Origin: a virus
Lineage: Duplodnaviria > Caudoviricetes
Length of the DNA stretch: 32,751 bases
IMG/VR virus record: IMGVR_UViG_3300048855_000194
Coordinates: 1 to 32,751 of that record
Direction: 5' to 3' (one strand)
A program made the position numbers and the translations under genes. Below, in pieces: positions 14,786 through 23,468 of this stretch. The notes under the pieces are model-generated. The model was not told the DNA's origin and did not search any database. It saw nothing but the letters and a program-made list of their open reading frames with translations. Positions within the stretch are counted from its first letter, which is position 1. Each line of letters starts with the position of its first letter.

Positions 14786-16451
14786 GGGGAAGCTGTACGG
14801 CTGCCAGACTCCGCGCTTGTGGACTCGGCCGCTACGTGAGCTGACGCCGGAGACGTCGCTGGGGTTCGCGGTCATCGAGTTCTGGGACTGGATGCGTGAC
14901 CGGCTCGAGGAGTTGGACGCGAACCGGGCGCCGGAGGACGACACCGACTACCTGTCGCTGCTGCCTCGCGCGTTGGAGTGGCAGCGTTGGCTGCTGATCC
15001 ATGCGCTCGAGCTGCTGGGAGACGGGCCGGATGCGGTGTACCGGTTCCGGACGGTGCTGCTGCTGGTGGCACGGCAGAACGGCAAGTCGACGATCGTGAC
15101 GGTGCTGATCCTGTGGCGCATGTTCCAGGACGGCGCGAAGATGACGCTCGAGACGCACGCGTCGATCGACCATGCGCTGGCGGCGTGGCAGGAGGCTGTG
15201 GCGATCGCGGAGGCGATCCCGGAGCTCGACGAGGAGATCGCGAAGAAGCACGAGGGCAAGGGCTCCGTGCTGCTGATGCTGGACGGCAAGGAGCAGTTCA
15301 AGATCGCCACCGCTAACCGTCGCGGGGGCCGCGGGTTCCGCGGCGACCTGGTGATCTTCGACGAGCTTCGTGAGCACCAGGACTGGAAGGCGTGGTCGGC
15401 GACGTCGAAGACGACGCTCGCCCGGGCGCGCGCTCAGGTGTGGGGTGTGTCGAACGCGGGCGACCTGTCGTCGGTGGTGCTCCGGCACCTTCGTGCCGTC
15501 GCTGTCGCGGGCATCACGGGCGAGACGATGGAGGGTCTGCCCGAGGAGGTCATCGAGCTCGCGGGTGACTCGATCGGCCTGTTCGAGTGGTCGGCCGGCA
15601 CTGTCGACGGGACCGAGTCCGGACCTCTTCGTCCTATCTGGGATCGTGAGGGCTGGGCGCAGGCGAACCCGTCTATGGGGTACACGGAGCTCGACGAGCG
15701 GGCGATCGCGGCGTCGATGAGCGACCCCGAGTGGGAAGTGCGCACTGAGGTGCTGTGCCAGTTCGTGAACATGGCTGGGTCGGGTCCGTTCCCGTCCGGG
15801 TCGTGGGAGGGCGCGGTCGACCTGAAGGCTGACCGTCAGGCTCGCGGGGTGACCCGTGACCTGTCGCGGCCGGCGTGCTACGGGCTCGACATGACGATGA
15901 ACCGGTCGCTGGTGTACGTCGCGATGGCGTTCTGGGACACCGAGGGCAGGATCCGGGTGGAGAACGTGGCCCGTGTGCCGGGTGCTGACTGGGTTCTGCC
16001 GTGGCTGCAGTCCCCGGAGCGGAAGGTCGCGCCGGATCATGTGGCGTTCCAGCGGCGCGGTGCACCGATCTCGTCGATGTGGGATGAGTTCGAGCGGTCC
16101 GGGATTGACGTGCACGCGTGGGAGGGTTCGGAGCTCGCCGCGTGGCACGGGCAGTTCTACGACCTGGTGCGCGCCGCGGCCCCGGATGAGGCGCCGAAGG
16201 ACGAGTCCGACGAGGACCGCCGCGCACGGGTGAAGCTGTCGCACGGTGCGCAGCCGGCGCTCACCCTCGCCGCTTTGACCGCGCAGATCAAGACGTTCGA
16301 TGGCGGCGGGTGGGTCGTCGACCGGAAGGGGTCGCCGGAGGACGCGGCGCCCCTGATGGCCGCGATTGCCGCTGTCGGTCTTCTGCTGTCCGAACCCGCG
16401 CCGGCATTCCAGTCGGCATACGAGCACGGGGGACTCCTGGTGCTCGACTGA
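14712..16451 (+). CDS. Terminase large subunit
   Basis: G.QTPRLWT.PL..LTPETSLGF; WQRWLL; Walker A VARQNGKS; RGGRG; Walker B LVIFDE; SNAG; WAQANPS; nuclease GLD; exact start uncertain. Confidence 0.95.
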   Translation: MTSKARPARRETSRSSGARRSVARKGKLYGCQTPRLWTRPLRELTPETSLGFAVIEFWDWMRDRLEELDANRAPEDDTDYLSLLPRALEWQRWLLIHALELLGDGPDAVYRFRTVLLLVARQNGKSTIVTVLILWRMFQDGAKMTLETHASIDHALAAWQEAVAIAEAIPELDEEIAKKHEGKGSVLLMLDGKEQFKIATANRRGGRGFRGDLVIFDELREHQDWKAWSATSKTTLARARAQVWGVSNAGDLSSVVLRHLRAVAVAGITGETMEGLPEEVIELAGDSIGLFEWSAGTVDGTESGPLRPIWDREGWAQANPSMGYTELDERAIAASMSDPEWEVRTEVLCQFVNMAGSGPFPSGSWEGAVDLKADRQARGVTRDLSRPACYGLDMTMNRSLVYVAMAFWDTEGRIRVENVARVPGADWVLPWLQSPERKVAPDHVAFQRRGAPISSMWDEFERSGIDVHAWEGSELAAWHGQFYDLVRAAAPDEAPKDESDEDRRARVKLSHGAQPALTLAALTAQIKTFDGGGWVVDRKGSPEDAAPLMAAIAAVGLLLSEPAPAFQSAYEHGGLLVLD

Positions 16452-16466
16452 TCGAAAGGGGCTGGC

Positions 16467-18407
16467 GTGGGACTTCTTGACACGCTGTTCGGGCGGAACG
16501 ACCGCATGACGGTCGAATGGCTCGGCCCCACCTTCCGGTCGATGATTCTCGGGCTGACGCCTGAGGAGTTGTACCGTACGCAGCCGCACCTTCGGATCGT
16601 GCTGTCGTTCGTCGCGCGGAACATCGCCCATCTGGGACTGAAGGCGTACGCGCGTACCAGCGAAACCGACCGGGAGCGTCTGCGGACGGACCCGCTCGCA
16701 CTGCTGCTGTCGCGCCCGAACCCGACGATGACGATGTTCGAGCTGCTGGAGTCGCTTGCGTCCGATCTTGGACTGTACGACGTCGCCTATTGGCTGCTCG
16801 GCGAGGACGCAGACGCACCCTCGGGGTGGGTCATCCAGCCGATCCCGCCGTCGTGGGTCGTCGAGCAGAAGGGCGGGAACTTCTTCGCGCCTGGCTCGTA
16901 CGTGATCGCGAACCCTGACGGCCGCCGCACGGAGATCAGCGCGGACGACATGCTCGTGTTCCACGGGTGGAACCCGGGCCGGCCGAAGCACGGCACCTCG
17001 CCGGTGGAGACGCTGAAGCAGATCCTCGCCGAGCAGGTGCAGGCGTGGTCCTACCGGGAGCAGATCTGGCAGCGCGGCGGTCGAGTCGGGACGGTCATCA
17101 CACGCCCGAAGGACGCTCCCTGGTCGGACACTGCCCGCACCCGGTTCGCGCAGGACTGGAAGGAGCGCTGGACGGGCATGTCCGGCGACAAGGCCGGCGG
17201 CACGCCGATCCTCGAGGACGGGATGACGATCAACCGGCTCGGGTTCAATGCCCGTGAGGAGGAGTGGGCGGAGGTCGCGAAGATCGCTCTGTCGACCGTC
17301 GCGGCGGTCTACCACGTGAACCCGGTCATGGTCGGCATCCTCGACAACGCGAACTTCAGCAACACCAAGGAGTTCCGCAAGATGCTGTACTCCGAGACGC
17401 TTGGGCCGCAGCTCGCGCGCATCGAGAGCCGTATCAACGCGTTCCTGGTGCCGCGTGTGACGAAGGCGGAGGGCGCGTACGTCGAGTTCAACATCGAGGA
17501 GAAGCTGCAGGGAGACTTCGAGGAGCAGGCCGCGATTCTGTCGACGTCGGCCGGTGCCCCGTGGATGACGCGGAACGAAGTGCGGGCGCTGCGGAACCTT
17601 CCGGCGGTGGAGGGCGGTGACACGCTGGTCGTGCCGCTGAACGTTCTGACGGGCGGCCAGGCGTCTCCGCGTGACTCGGGTTCGCAGAACGAGAAGCGAG
17701 CGGAGATCGAGCTGAAGGTGCTTCCGCGTGCGGGCACGAAGATGCGGCTGAAGGCGCAGGCGCCCAAGACGTACGAGCAGAAGGCGGAGGAGGTCGTCCG
17801 GGCGTTCTTCAAGCGTCAGCGGAAGACGGTGCTGTCCGCTCTTGGCGCGAAGGCATCGCCCGACTGGTGGGATGCGGAACGGTGGGATGCGGAGCTCTCT
17901 GCTGACCTGTTCGCGCTCGCGCTCACGGTGACGGCGAAGGTCGCGGCCGACGTGCTGGAGGCAGTCGGGTTCGGCGCTGACGACTACAACATCGCGCGCA
18001 CGGAAGCGTTCCTAGGCGAGGTGGCGAAGTCGCGGGCGGGAGCGATCAACTCCACGACCCGGGACCAGATCCAGGCGATCCTCGACGGTGACGGGCCGGA
18101 AGAAGCCGATGGTCCCGCGCATGTGTTCGACCTCGCGGAGGGTGAGCGCTCGACGCTCACGGCGGCGACGCTCGTCACGACGTTCGCGACGTTCGCGACG
18201 GTCGAGGCTGGCCGGCAGAACGGTGGCGCGTCGAAGACGTGGATCGTCACGTCGGGTAACCCGCGGCCGGAGCACGCGGAGATGGATGGGGAGACGGTCG
18301 GGATCGACGACGTCTTCTCGAACGGTGCGAAGTGGCCGGGTGACCCGGTGCTCGGAGCAGACGGCGTCGCGGGATGTACCTGCGAGGTCGAAGTGACCTT
18401 TGGCTGA
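16467..18407 (+). CDS. HK97-family portal protein fused to MuF-like domain
   Basis: LLSRPNP.MT.FE, G.SPVE.L, ILEDGM, YHVNP.MVG...ANFSN, WMTRNEVR...NLP; C-terminal KTW....PRPEH..MDGE.....FSNG..WPGDP......GCTC. Confidence 0.93.
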   Translation: MGLLDTLFGRNDRMTVEWLGPTFRSMILGLTPEELYRTQPHLRIVLSFVARNIAHLGLKAYARTSETDRERLRTDPLALLLSRPNPTMTMFELLESLASDLGLYDVAYWLLGEDADAPSGWVIQPIPPSWVVEQKGGNFFAPGSYVIANPDGRRTEISADDMLVFHGWNPGRPKHGTSPVETLKQILAEQVQAWSYREQIWQRGGRVGTVITRPKDAPWSDTARTRFAQDWKERWTGMSGDKAGGTPILEDGMTINRLGFNAREEEWAEVAKIALSTVAAVYHVNPVMVGILDNANFSNTKEFRKMLYSETLGPQLARIESRINAFLVPRVTKAEGAYVEFNIEEKLQGDFEEQAAILSTSAGAPWMTRNEVRALRNLPAVEGGDTLVVPLNVLTGGQASPRDSGSQNEKRAEIELKVLPRAGTKMRLKAQAPKTYEQKAEEVVRAFFKRQRKTVLSALGAKASPDWWDAERWDAELSADLFALALTVTAKVAADVLEAVGFGADDYNIARTEAFLGEVAKSRAGAINSTTRDQIQAILDGDGPEEADGPAHVFDLAEGERSTLTAATLVTTFATFATVEAGRQNGGASKTWIVTSGNPRPEHAEMDGETVGIDDVFSNGAKWPGDPVLGADGVAGCTCEVEVTFG

Positions 18408-18418
18408 AAGGAGCCGCT

Positions 18419-19177
18419 GTGAAGATCAAGCAGCTTGTCCAGGTGAAGCTGGGCGAGGCAGACGGGCTCGCCGAAGGTGAGTTTCACGCATACGCGAGCG
18501 TGTTCGATAACAAGGACTCGTACGGCGACGTGGTGCGACCGGGCGCGTTCAAGGGAACCCTTGAGCGGTGGGAGTCGAAGGATGCGCTCATCCCGCTCCT
18601 CTTCGGGCACCGCATGGACGATCCCGATTTCAACATCGGGCACGTCGAAGCGAAGGAGGACGATCACGGCCTGTGGGTGCACGGGTTCATCGATCTCGAA
18701 GTGCCGAAGGGTGCCGCCACCCACCGTGCGATGAAGGCCGGCCGACTCAACCAGATGTCGTTCGCGTACGACGTGCTCGACGGCGGGTGGGAGACCAAGG
18801 ACGGTGACGAGTACTTCGAGCTGCGTGAGCTTGAGTTGTTCGAGGTGTCGGTGGTCACGGTCGGCGCGAACCAGGAGACGGAGATCCTGGCGGTGAAGTC
18901 GACGGTCGACGCGCTCATGGACGGCGTGAAGGCCGGTCGGGTGCTGTCGGCGAAGAACGAGGACAGCCTTCGCAGCGTGCTCGACGCGGTGAAGTCCGGC
19001 GTCGTGAAGCCGCTCGAAGAAGTCCTGTCGCAACTCGCGGCAGGTGAAGACCAGGAGAAGGCCGCCGGTCAAGCCGCGCACAAGGACGAGGGCGTCAGCG
19101 ACGTCAAGTCCGAGGTGCCCGGTGTCAGCCCGTCCGCCCGAGCACTGGCGATCAACCGGTTCGTTCAGACCCTCTGA
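18419..19177 (+). CDS. HK97-type prohead (maturation) protease
   Basis: YASVF.NKDSYGDVV.PGAF, PLLFGH, QMSFAY, LFEVSVV..GAN; AAGGAG RBS before GTG 18419. Confidence 0.93.
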   Translation: MKIKQLVQVKLGEADGLAEGEFHAYASVFDNKDSYGDVVRPGAFKGTLERWESKDALIPLLFGHRMDDPDFNIGHVEAKEDDHGLWVHGFIDLEVPKGAATHRAMKAGRLNQMSFAYDVLDGGWETKDGDEYFELRELELFEVSVVTVGANQETEILAVKSTVDALMDGVKAGRVLSAKNEDSLRSVLDAVKSGVVKPLEEVLSQLAAGEDQEKAAGQAAHKDEGVSDVKSEVPGVSPSARALAINRFVQTL

Positions 19178-19191
19178 CGAACCATCCACCT

Positions 19192-19224
19192 AAGCCGCCG
19201 CAGGACAGTCCTCGGCGGCTTTTT
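19192..19224 (+). terminator. Intrinsic terminator-like hairpin upstream of capsid gene
   Basis: AAGCCGCCG-c-AGGA cag TCCT-CGGCGGCTT followed by T-tract. Confidence 0.65.
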
Positions 19225-19258
19225 CGTGCCCCCAGAACGGGCAGAGAGGAGCCCAGAG

Positions 19259-20491
19259 ATGGGACTCAAGGAACAGCTGATCGCCCTGCAGAAGGCGATG
19301 CAGGCGATCGTGGACGGCGCGAAGGCGTCGCAGCGCGAGCTGACCGACGACGAGATCACCGACCTGGAGGCGAAGGCGGCCGAGGCCACCGAACTGAAGG
19401 CGAAGATCGAGCGGGCCGAGAAGTCGGCGTCGCTCATGTCCTCGATCGGCGAGATGAAGACCGAGGGTGAGCGGACCGACGCCGCCCCGACCGCAGCGAA
19501 GTCGCTCGGTGAGCACTTCGTGAAGACGGTCGGCAAGGAGCTCGGCGAGAAGAAGGGCGTCAAGGGCGCCTCGGTCACCGCCCCCGAGTTCCAGGTCAAG
19601 GCGAACACCGACACACACGTGGTGGGTTCGGTGTTCGGCCCGGTGCTGACGGAGGTCGACCGCACGATCGTGCAGGCCGTCCGCCCGCGCCTGACGATCG
19701 CCGACCTGCTCGGCACGGGGACGCTGTCGGGCAACGCGATCAGTTACTTCGTTGAGGGTGCGCTGGAGGGTGCGTTCACGACCGTGGCTGAGGCGGGCGC
19801 GAAGCCGCAGCTCCACATCGTCGACCCGACGGCCGTCACCGACGCGCTGAAGAAGATCGCCGGGTGGATCAAGGTCTCCGACGAGATGATCGAGGATCTC
19901 GACTTCGTCATGTCGGAGATCAACGGCCGGCTGCTGTACGAGCTCGCGAAGTTCGAGGAGGCGCAGCTGCTCAACGGCAACGGCTCCGGCTCGAACCTCC
20001 TCGGTCTGCTGAACCGCTCCGGCGTTCAGACCGAGGCGCGCGGCAACACGGCTTCGGGCGACACCGCGGCGGACACGATCTTCCGCGCGATCACGAAGGT
20101 CACCACGGGCTCGGGTCTGGACGCGGACGGGCTGGTCATCCACCCCTCCGACTACCAGAGCCTGCGTCTCACGAAGGACGCGAACGGGCAGTACTACGGT
20201 GGCGGGTTCTTCTCCGGCGCGTACGGCAACGGGGGCATCTCCGAGCAGCCGAACGTGTGGGGTCTCCGCACCGTCGTTACTCCGGCGATCACTGCCGGCA
20301 CGGTGCTGGTCGGCGCGTTCGGTCAGTCGGCGACCGTCTACCGCAAGGGCGGGGTGCGCGTCGAGTCGACCAACTCGCACGCGTCGGACTTCACGTCGAA
20401 CCTCGTGACGATCCGCGCGGAGGAGCGCCTCGCGCTGGCCGTGCGTCGTCCCGTGGGCTTCGTGAAGACCACGATCACGCCGGCTGCGTGA
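19259..20491 (+). CDS. Major capsid protein (HK97 fold, N-terminal coiled delta domain)
   Basis: GAGGAG RBS; VAEAG.KP, KKIAGW..VSDEM.ED, EEAQLLNG.G, VIHPSD...LRL.KDANGQY, WGL..V.T, F..N.V.IRAEER. Confidence 0.95.
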   Translation: MGLKEQLIALQKAMQAIVDGAKASQRELTDDEITDLEAKAAEATELKAKIERAEKSASLMSSIGEMKTEGERTDAAPTAAKSLGEHFVKTVGKELGEKKGVKGASVTAPEFQVKANTDTHVVGSVFGPVLTEVDRTIVQAVRPRLTIADLLGTGTLSGNAISYFVEGALEGAFTTVAEAGAKPQLHIVDPTAVTDALKKIAGWIKVSDEMIEDLDFVMSEINGRLLYELAKFEEAQLLNGNGSGSNLLGLLNRSGVQTEARGNTASGDTAADTIFRAITKVTTGSGLDADGLVIHPSDYQSLRLTKDANGQYYGGGFFSGAYGNGGISEQPNVWGLRTVVTPAITAGTVLVGAFGQSATVYRKGGVRVESTNSHASDFTSNLVTIRAEERLALAVRRPVGFVKTTITPAA

Positions 20492-20498
20492 CCAATCG

Positions 20499-20549
20499 GG
20501 GGCGGTCAGGGATCCTCCGCCTGACCGCCCCTCCCGGTTCCCCGGAGGA
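20499..20549 (+). promoter_or_regulatory. Predicted H-type RNA pseudoknot after capsid stop codon
   Basis: S1 20499-510/20520-531 (12 bp); loop TCCTCCG 20513-19 complementary to CGGAGGA 20543-49. Confidence 0.6.
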
Positions 20550-20565
20550 GGAGAGGAGACCCCGC

Positions 20566-20805
20566 ATGGGGATTAAGGAAGTCGAAGTGACGCTGGGTGG
20601 CATGGCTCACACGGTGCAGATCAACGACGCCGACAAGAACTTCGAGGTCCGCAAGGATGCGCCGAAGTCGGAGTCGACGGAGAAGGCGAAGGAGCCGGCG
20701 AACAAGTCGCGCGCGCCGCAGAACAAGGCCGCGAAGCCCGCGGCGAAGAAGCCCGCCGCGAAGACCGCGGTCGAGGCGGCGTCCGACCCGGACGCTTCCG
20801 AGTGA
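20566..20805 (+). CDS. Small Lys/Ala/Pro-rich post-capsid protein
   Basis: AGGAG RBS; PANK.R.PQNK motif and AAKP repeats; typical position after MCP. Confidence 0.8.
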   Translation: MGIKEVEVTLGGMAHTVQINDADKNFEVRKDAPKSESTEKAKEPANKSRAPQNKAAKPAAKKPAAKTAVEAASDPDASE

Positions 20806-20812
20806 GTAGGGG

Positions 20813-21385
20813 GTGGTGATCGTGCCGATCACGGATACTGACCCGTTCGCGTCCACGGCTCTGATGGAGCAGCGTTCGCAGGGCGCGATCACCCTCACCT
20901 CCCACCCGTACCTGCCGCGTGAGCTCGCATCCGCAAGCCAGGACATCAAGGATTTCTGCCGGTGGCACATCACCCCGCGCAAGTCGGTGACGCAGAAGCG
21001 TCGCGGCCGGTTCGCGGAGGACGTGTGGCTGCAGGCGATGCAGATCGAGAAGATCGACGCAGTCACGATCGACGGTGTCGAGTACACCGAGGATCAGGTC
21101 GCCGCCGTCGAGTTCGACGAAGAGACCGGATGGACGAACCTGCGCGGCCGAATGGTCGAGGTGACGTTCACCGCCGGGTTCGTGGAGGTGCCGGAGCCGA
21201 TCGAGACGGCGACGCTGCAGATCGCGGCTCGCGCTCTCGGCTCACCGCTGGGTGTCGTGCGCGAACAGGCGGGCGGCGTCTCGGTGACGCACTCGCAGAT
21301 CGGGTTCAACATCGCGGGCGGCAACCTGATCCTGCCGGCTGAGCAGTCGAGCCTCACCCCGTACCAGATCGGGCGTCTCCCGTGA
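20813..21385 (+). CDS. Head-to-tail adaptor
   Basis: Synteny; I..FCRWHI.P, VEVTFTAGF.EVP, EQAGGVSVT, L..Y; start may be slightly downstream. Confidence 0.8.
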   Translation: MVIVPITDTDPFASTALMEQRSQGAITLTSHPYLPRELASASQDIKDFCRWHITPRKSVTQKRRGRFAEDVWLQAMQIEKIDAVTIDGVEYTEDQVAAVEFDEETGWTNLRGRMVEVTFTAGFVEVPEPIETATLQIAARALGSPLGVVREQAGGVSVTHSQIGFNIAGGNLILPAEQSSLTPYQIGRLP

Positions 21386-21717
21386 GCCTCGTCTTCCGGC
21401 ACGCGATCAGCGTGGTCCGGGCACCGCTCGTCGACGACGGTCGCGGGAACAAGACCAGGAACTGGGGGGCAGCGTCGGAGACGACGATCCCCGGGTGGGC
21501 TGTGGATGCCGGGTCGACGGTCGAGGACGAGGCAAACCGTGACGGGTCGGCGGTGGAGTACACCCTGCGCGGTCCGTTCGACGCTGATGTGGCCTCGGGG
21601 GACCGTGTGCGGCTCATGGGCGGCCTGTATTCGATCGTGGGGGGCGTGTTGCGTCAGCCGGGTCCTAGCCCGCTGACGAGCCACACGATCCTTCGGCTGA
21701 CGAAGTGGACGGGCTGA
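21382..21717 (+). CDS. Head-to-tail stopper
   Basis: Synteny; D.RGN...W, ADV..GDRV...G..Y.I.G, H....L..W.G. Confidence 0.8.
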   Translation: MSLVFRHAISVVRAPLVDDGRGNKTRNWGAASETTIPGWAVDAGSTVEDEANRDGSAVEYTLRGPFDADVASGDRVRLMGGLYSIVGGVLRQPGPSPLTSHTILRLTKWTG

Positions 21718-21974
21718 TGGCGAAAACGGTGCGCGGCGTGCGGGTCAAGGTCAACTCGTCCACGGTGGCCGCTCTGCTGCAGTCGGCTGAGGTCGCGGAC
21801 GACCTTCAGGCGCGGGGCGAGCGGATCGCCGGTGCTGCGGGGCCGGGGCATGAGGTGCGTGTCACCCGGAACCGTGACCGCGCGGTCGTGTTCGTGACGA
21901 CGGCGACGACGGAGGCCAGGCAGTCGGAGGCTGACAGCGGGACGCTGACGAACGCGATCGACGCGGGGAGGTAG
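21717..21974 (+). CDS. Neck / tail-completion small protein
   Basis: TGATG coupling; synteny between stopper and tail terminator. Confidence 0.7.
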   Translation: MAKTVRGVRVKVNSSTVAALLQSAEVADDLQARGERIAGAAGPGHEVRVTRNRDRAVVFVTTATTEARQSEADSGTLTNAIDAGR

Positions 21975-21978
21975 TCCG

Positions 21979-22389
21979 GTGGCTGAGATCCTGGTGCCTG
22001 CCGACGCGGAGGTCGCCGCGGTCGCCGAGCTGAACACGCGTATGCCGGATGTCGGGTTCGACGTGAACGCGGGCACCCGCATCCCCGGTGACGGGTCTGA
22101 GGAGTTCATCCGGGTGACCGCCGCTGGGGGCGCCGAACGTGACCTGGTGACCGACTCGCCACTGCTGTTCATCGAGGGGTTCGCGACGAACGAGTCGCGG
22201 GCGGAGCGGATCACCGCACACTCGGTCGCTGTGCTGCAGGCCGCGGGCCGGGCGGGTTCTCTAGGCGGGATCCCGTGCTACCGGGTGCGGGTGCTGTCTT
22301 TGCCGGCGAACCTGCCGCTGTCGACTCTCCCTGACCGGTTCCGGTTCCGGGCGACGGTGTCGCCGGAGCTGCGCCGGTCCATCGTCTAG
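21979..22389 (+). CDS. Tail terminator protein
   Basis: GGAGG RBS; FIRV...GG motif; directly upstream of major tail gene. Confidence 0.78.
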   Translation: MAEILVPADAEVAAVAELNTRMPDVGFDVNAGTRIPGDGSEEFIRVTAAGGAERDLVTDSPLLFIEGFATNESRAERITAHSVAVLQAAGRAGSLGGIPCYRVRVLSLPANLPLSTLPDRFRFRATVSPELRRSIV

Positions 22390-22452
22390 TTCCCCATCCT
22401 GCGCGCGCCCGTCCGGGCGTGTGTTCAACCACGCCTGAAAGGGGCACCACGC

Positions 22453-23034
22453 ATGAGCGTGAACAGCAAGAACGTCTTCGTCGGCGCGCCCGACCAGGCG
22501 ACCACAGGAGCGATCCTGACCGGTCCGGAAACGGACACCATCCCCGCGCAGATCAGCGACTTCGTGTCGACCGGTCTGAAGGATTCGGGGTACGTCGACG
22601 AGGACGGCGTGACGATCAGCATCTCCGAGTCGACCACGTCGATCAAGGACTGGTCGCTGTCCGTGATCCGAAAGGTGCTCGAGGAGTTCGAGGGCACCCT
22701 GGCATGGTCGCACATCGAGCTGTCGGAGGAGGCGCTGAAGAACTACGCGGGCGATTCGAACGTGTCGACGGTCGCCGCGAACGGTTCGCACGGCAAGCAG
22801 ATGCGCACGGCGATCTCGGGGGAGTCCCGGCCGGTGAAGGCCTGGTACTTCAAGATCAAGGACGGCAACCGGCGCGCCCTGGTCATGGTCCCTCACGGTC
22901 AGGTCACGGAGCGCGGTGAGATCGCGCTGCTCGCGAACGCGGCCGTGAAGCTCCCGGTGACTCTCACCACCTACCCCGACGCCGCCGGGAAGAACATCTA
23001 CATCTTCACCGACGACGGCGTCGTCAGCGCCTGA
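22453..23034 (+). CDS. Major tail protein
   Basis: NVFVG.P....GA, GYVDEDGVT, IKDW, VP.GQVTE.GE, VTLT.YPD..G. Confidence 0.9.
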   Translation: MSVNSKNVFVGAPDQATTGAILTGPETDTIPAQISDFVSTGLKDSGYVDEDGVTISISESTTSIKDWSLSVIRKVLEEFEGTLAWSHIELSEEALKNYAGDSNVSTVAANGSHGKQMRTAISGESRPVKAWYFKIKDGNRRALVMVPHGQVTERGEIALLANAAVKLPVTLTTYPDAAGKNIYIFTDDGVVSA

Positions 23035-23041
23035 CACGAGA

Positions 23042-23097
23042 CGGAGGGCGGGCACGCGGGGAACCGTGCCCGCTCTCTGCTGTTCCCACCGTTCCCC
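23042..23097 (+). promoter_or_regulatory. Predicted H-type RNA pseudoknot after major tail stop codon
   Basis: S1 23042-56/23065-79 (15 bp incl. 2 GU); loop GGGGAAC 23058-64 complementary to GTTCCCC 23091-97 (also 23111-17). Confidence 0.6.
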
Positions 23098-23117
23098 ACC
23101 ATCCAGGAAGGTTCCCC

Positions 23118-23468
23118 ATGTCCACATTCCAAGTGCCCGTGTCGAAGGCTTCGATCGAGCAGAACCAGTTCAACCTCGAGTTGCCGACCGGGGAGAAGTA
23201 CACGCTCCCGAAGATGCAGTACCTGAACGCTGACATCCGGCAGCGGATGGCGCGGATCGGCGCTGACCTGAAGACGGTGCTCGACGAGGGAGGTACGCCG
23301 ACGCCGACGCAGGCGGCTGAGCTCGCCGAGGTGCAGCGTGAGCTGCTCGAGAAGTACGCGCCGGGGATCTACAAGCTGGTGTCGGACGATCAGGTGCAGG
23401 CCATCTTCGAGGCGTGGCAGGAAGCGTCGAGCATCACGGTGGGGGAATCTTCAGCCTCTGCCGACTGA
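23118..23468 (+). CDS. Tail assembly chaperone (lambda gpG-like)
   Basis: Between MTP and TMP; ends ...AW.EAS.ITVGES; slippery G GGG GAA at 23441-47. Confidence 0.88.
   Translation: MSTFQVPVSKASIEQNQFNLELPTGEKYTLPKMQYLNADIRQRMARIGADLKTVLDEGGTPTPTQAAELAEVQRELLEKYAPGIYKLVSDDQVQAIFEAWQEASSITVGESSASAD

Noticed and set aside
14832-17315. 827-aa reverse-strand ORF, and other long antisense ORFs (1006-2340, 5265-6800, 17984-19189, 24864-26198, 26530-28041)
   Set aside because: Shadow frames of GC3-rich + strand genes; Arg/His/Pro-rich with no motifs or RBS
20489-20524. Stop-codon readthrough of MCP stimulated by the pseudoknot
   Set aside because: An in-frame TGA occurs again at 20522-24, adding only ~11 residues; readthrough of MTP is likewise not in frame with the chaperone
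19864-20805. Open -1 frame running from inside the capsid gene into the downstream small gene (possible T7-like capsid extension)
   Set aside because: No XXXYYYZ slippery site near the MCP end; the downstream gene has its own strong RBS; open off-frames are common at this GC content
22395-22446. Hairpin upstream of the major tail gene (GCGCGCGCCCG/CGGGCGTGTGT)
   Set aside because: Plausible, but GU-rich with a very tight loop and no matching pseudoknot or shared motif; too weak to call
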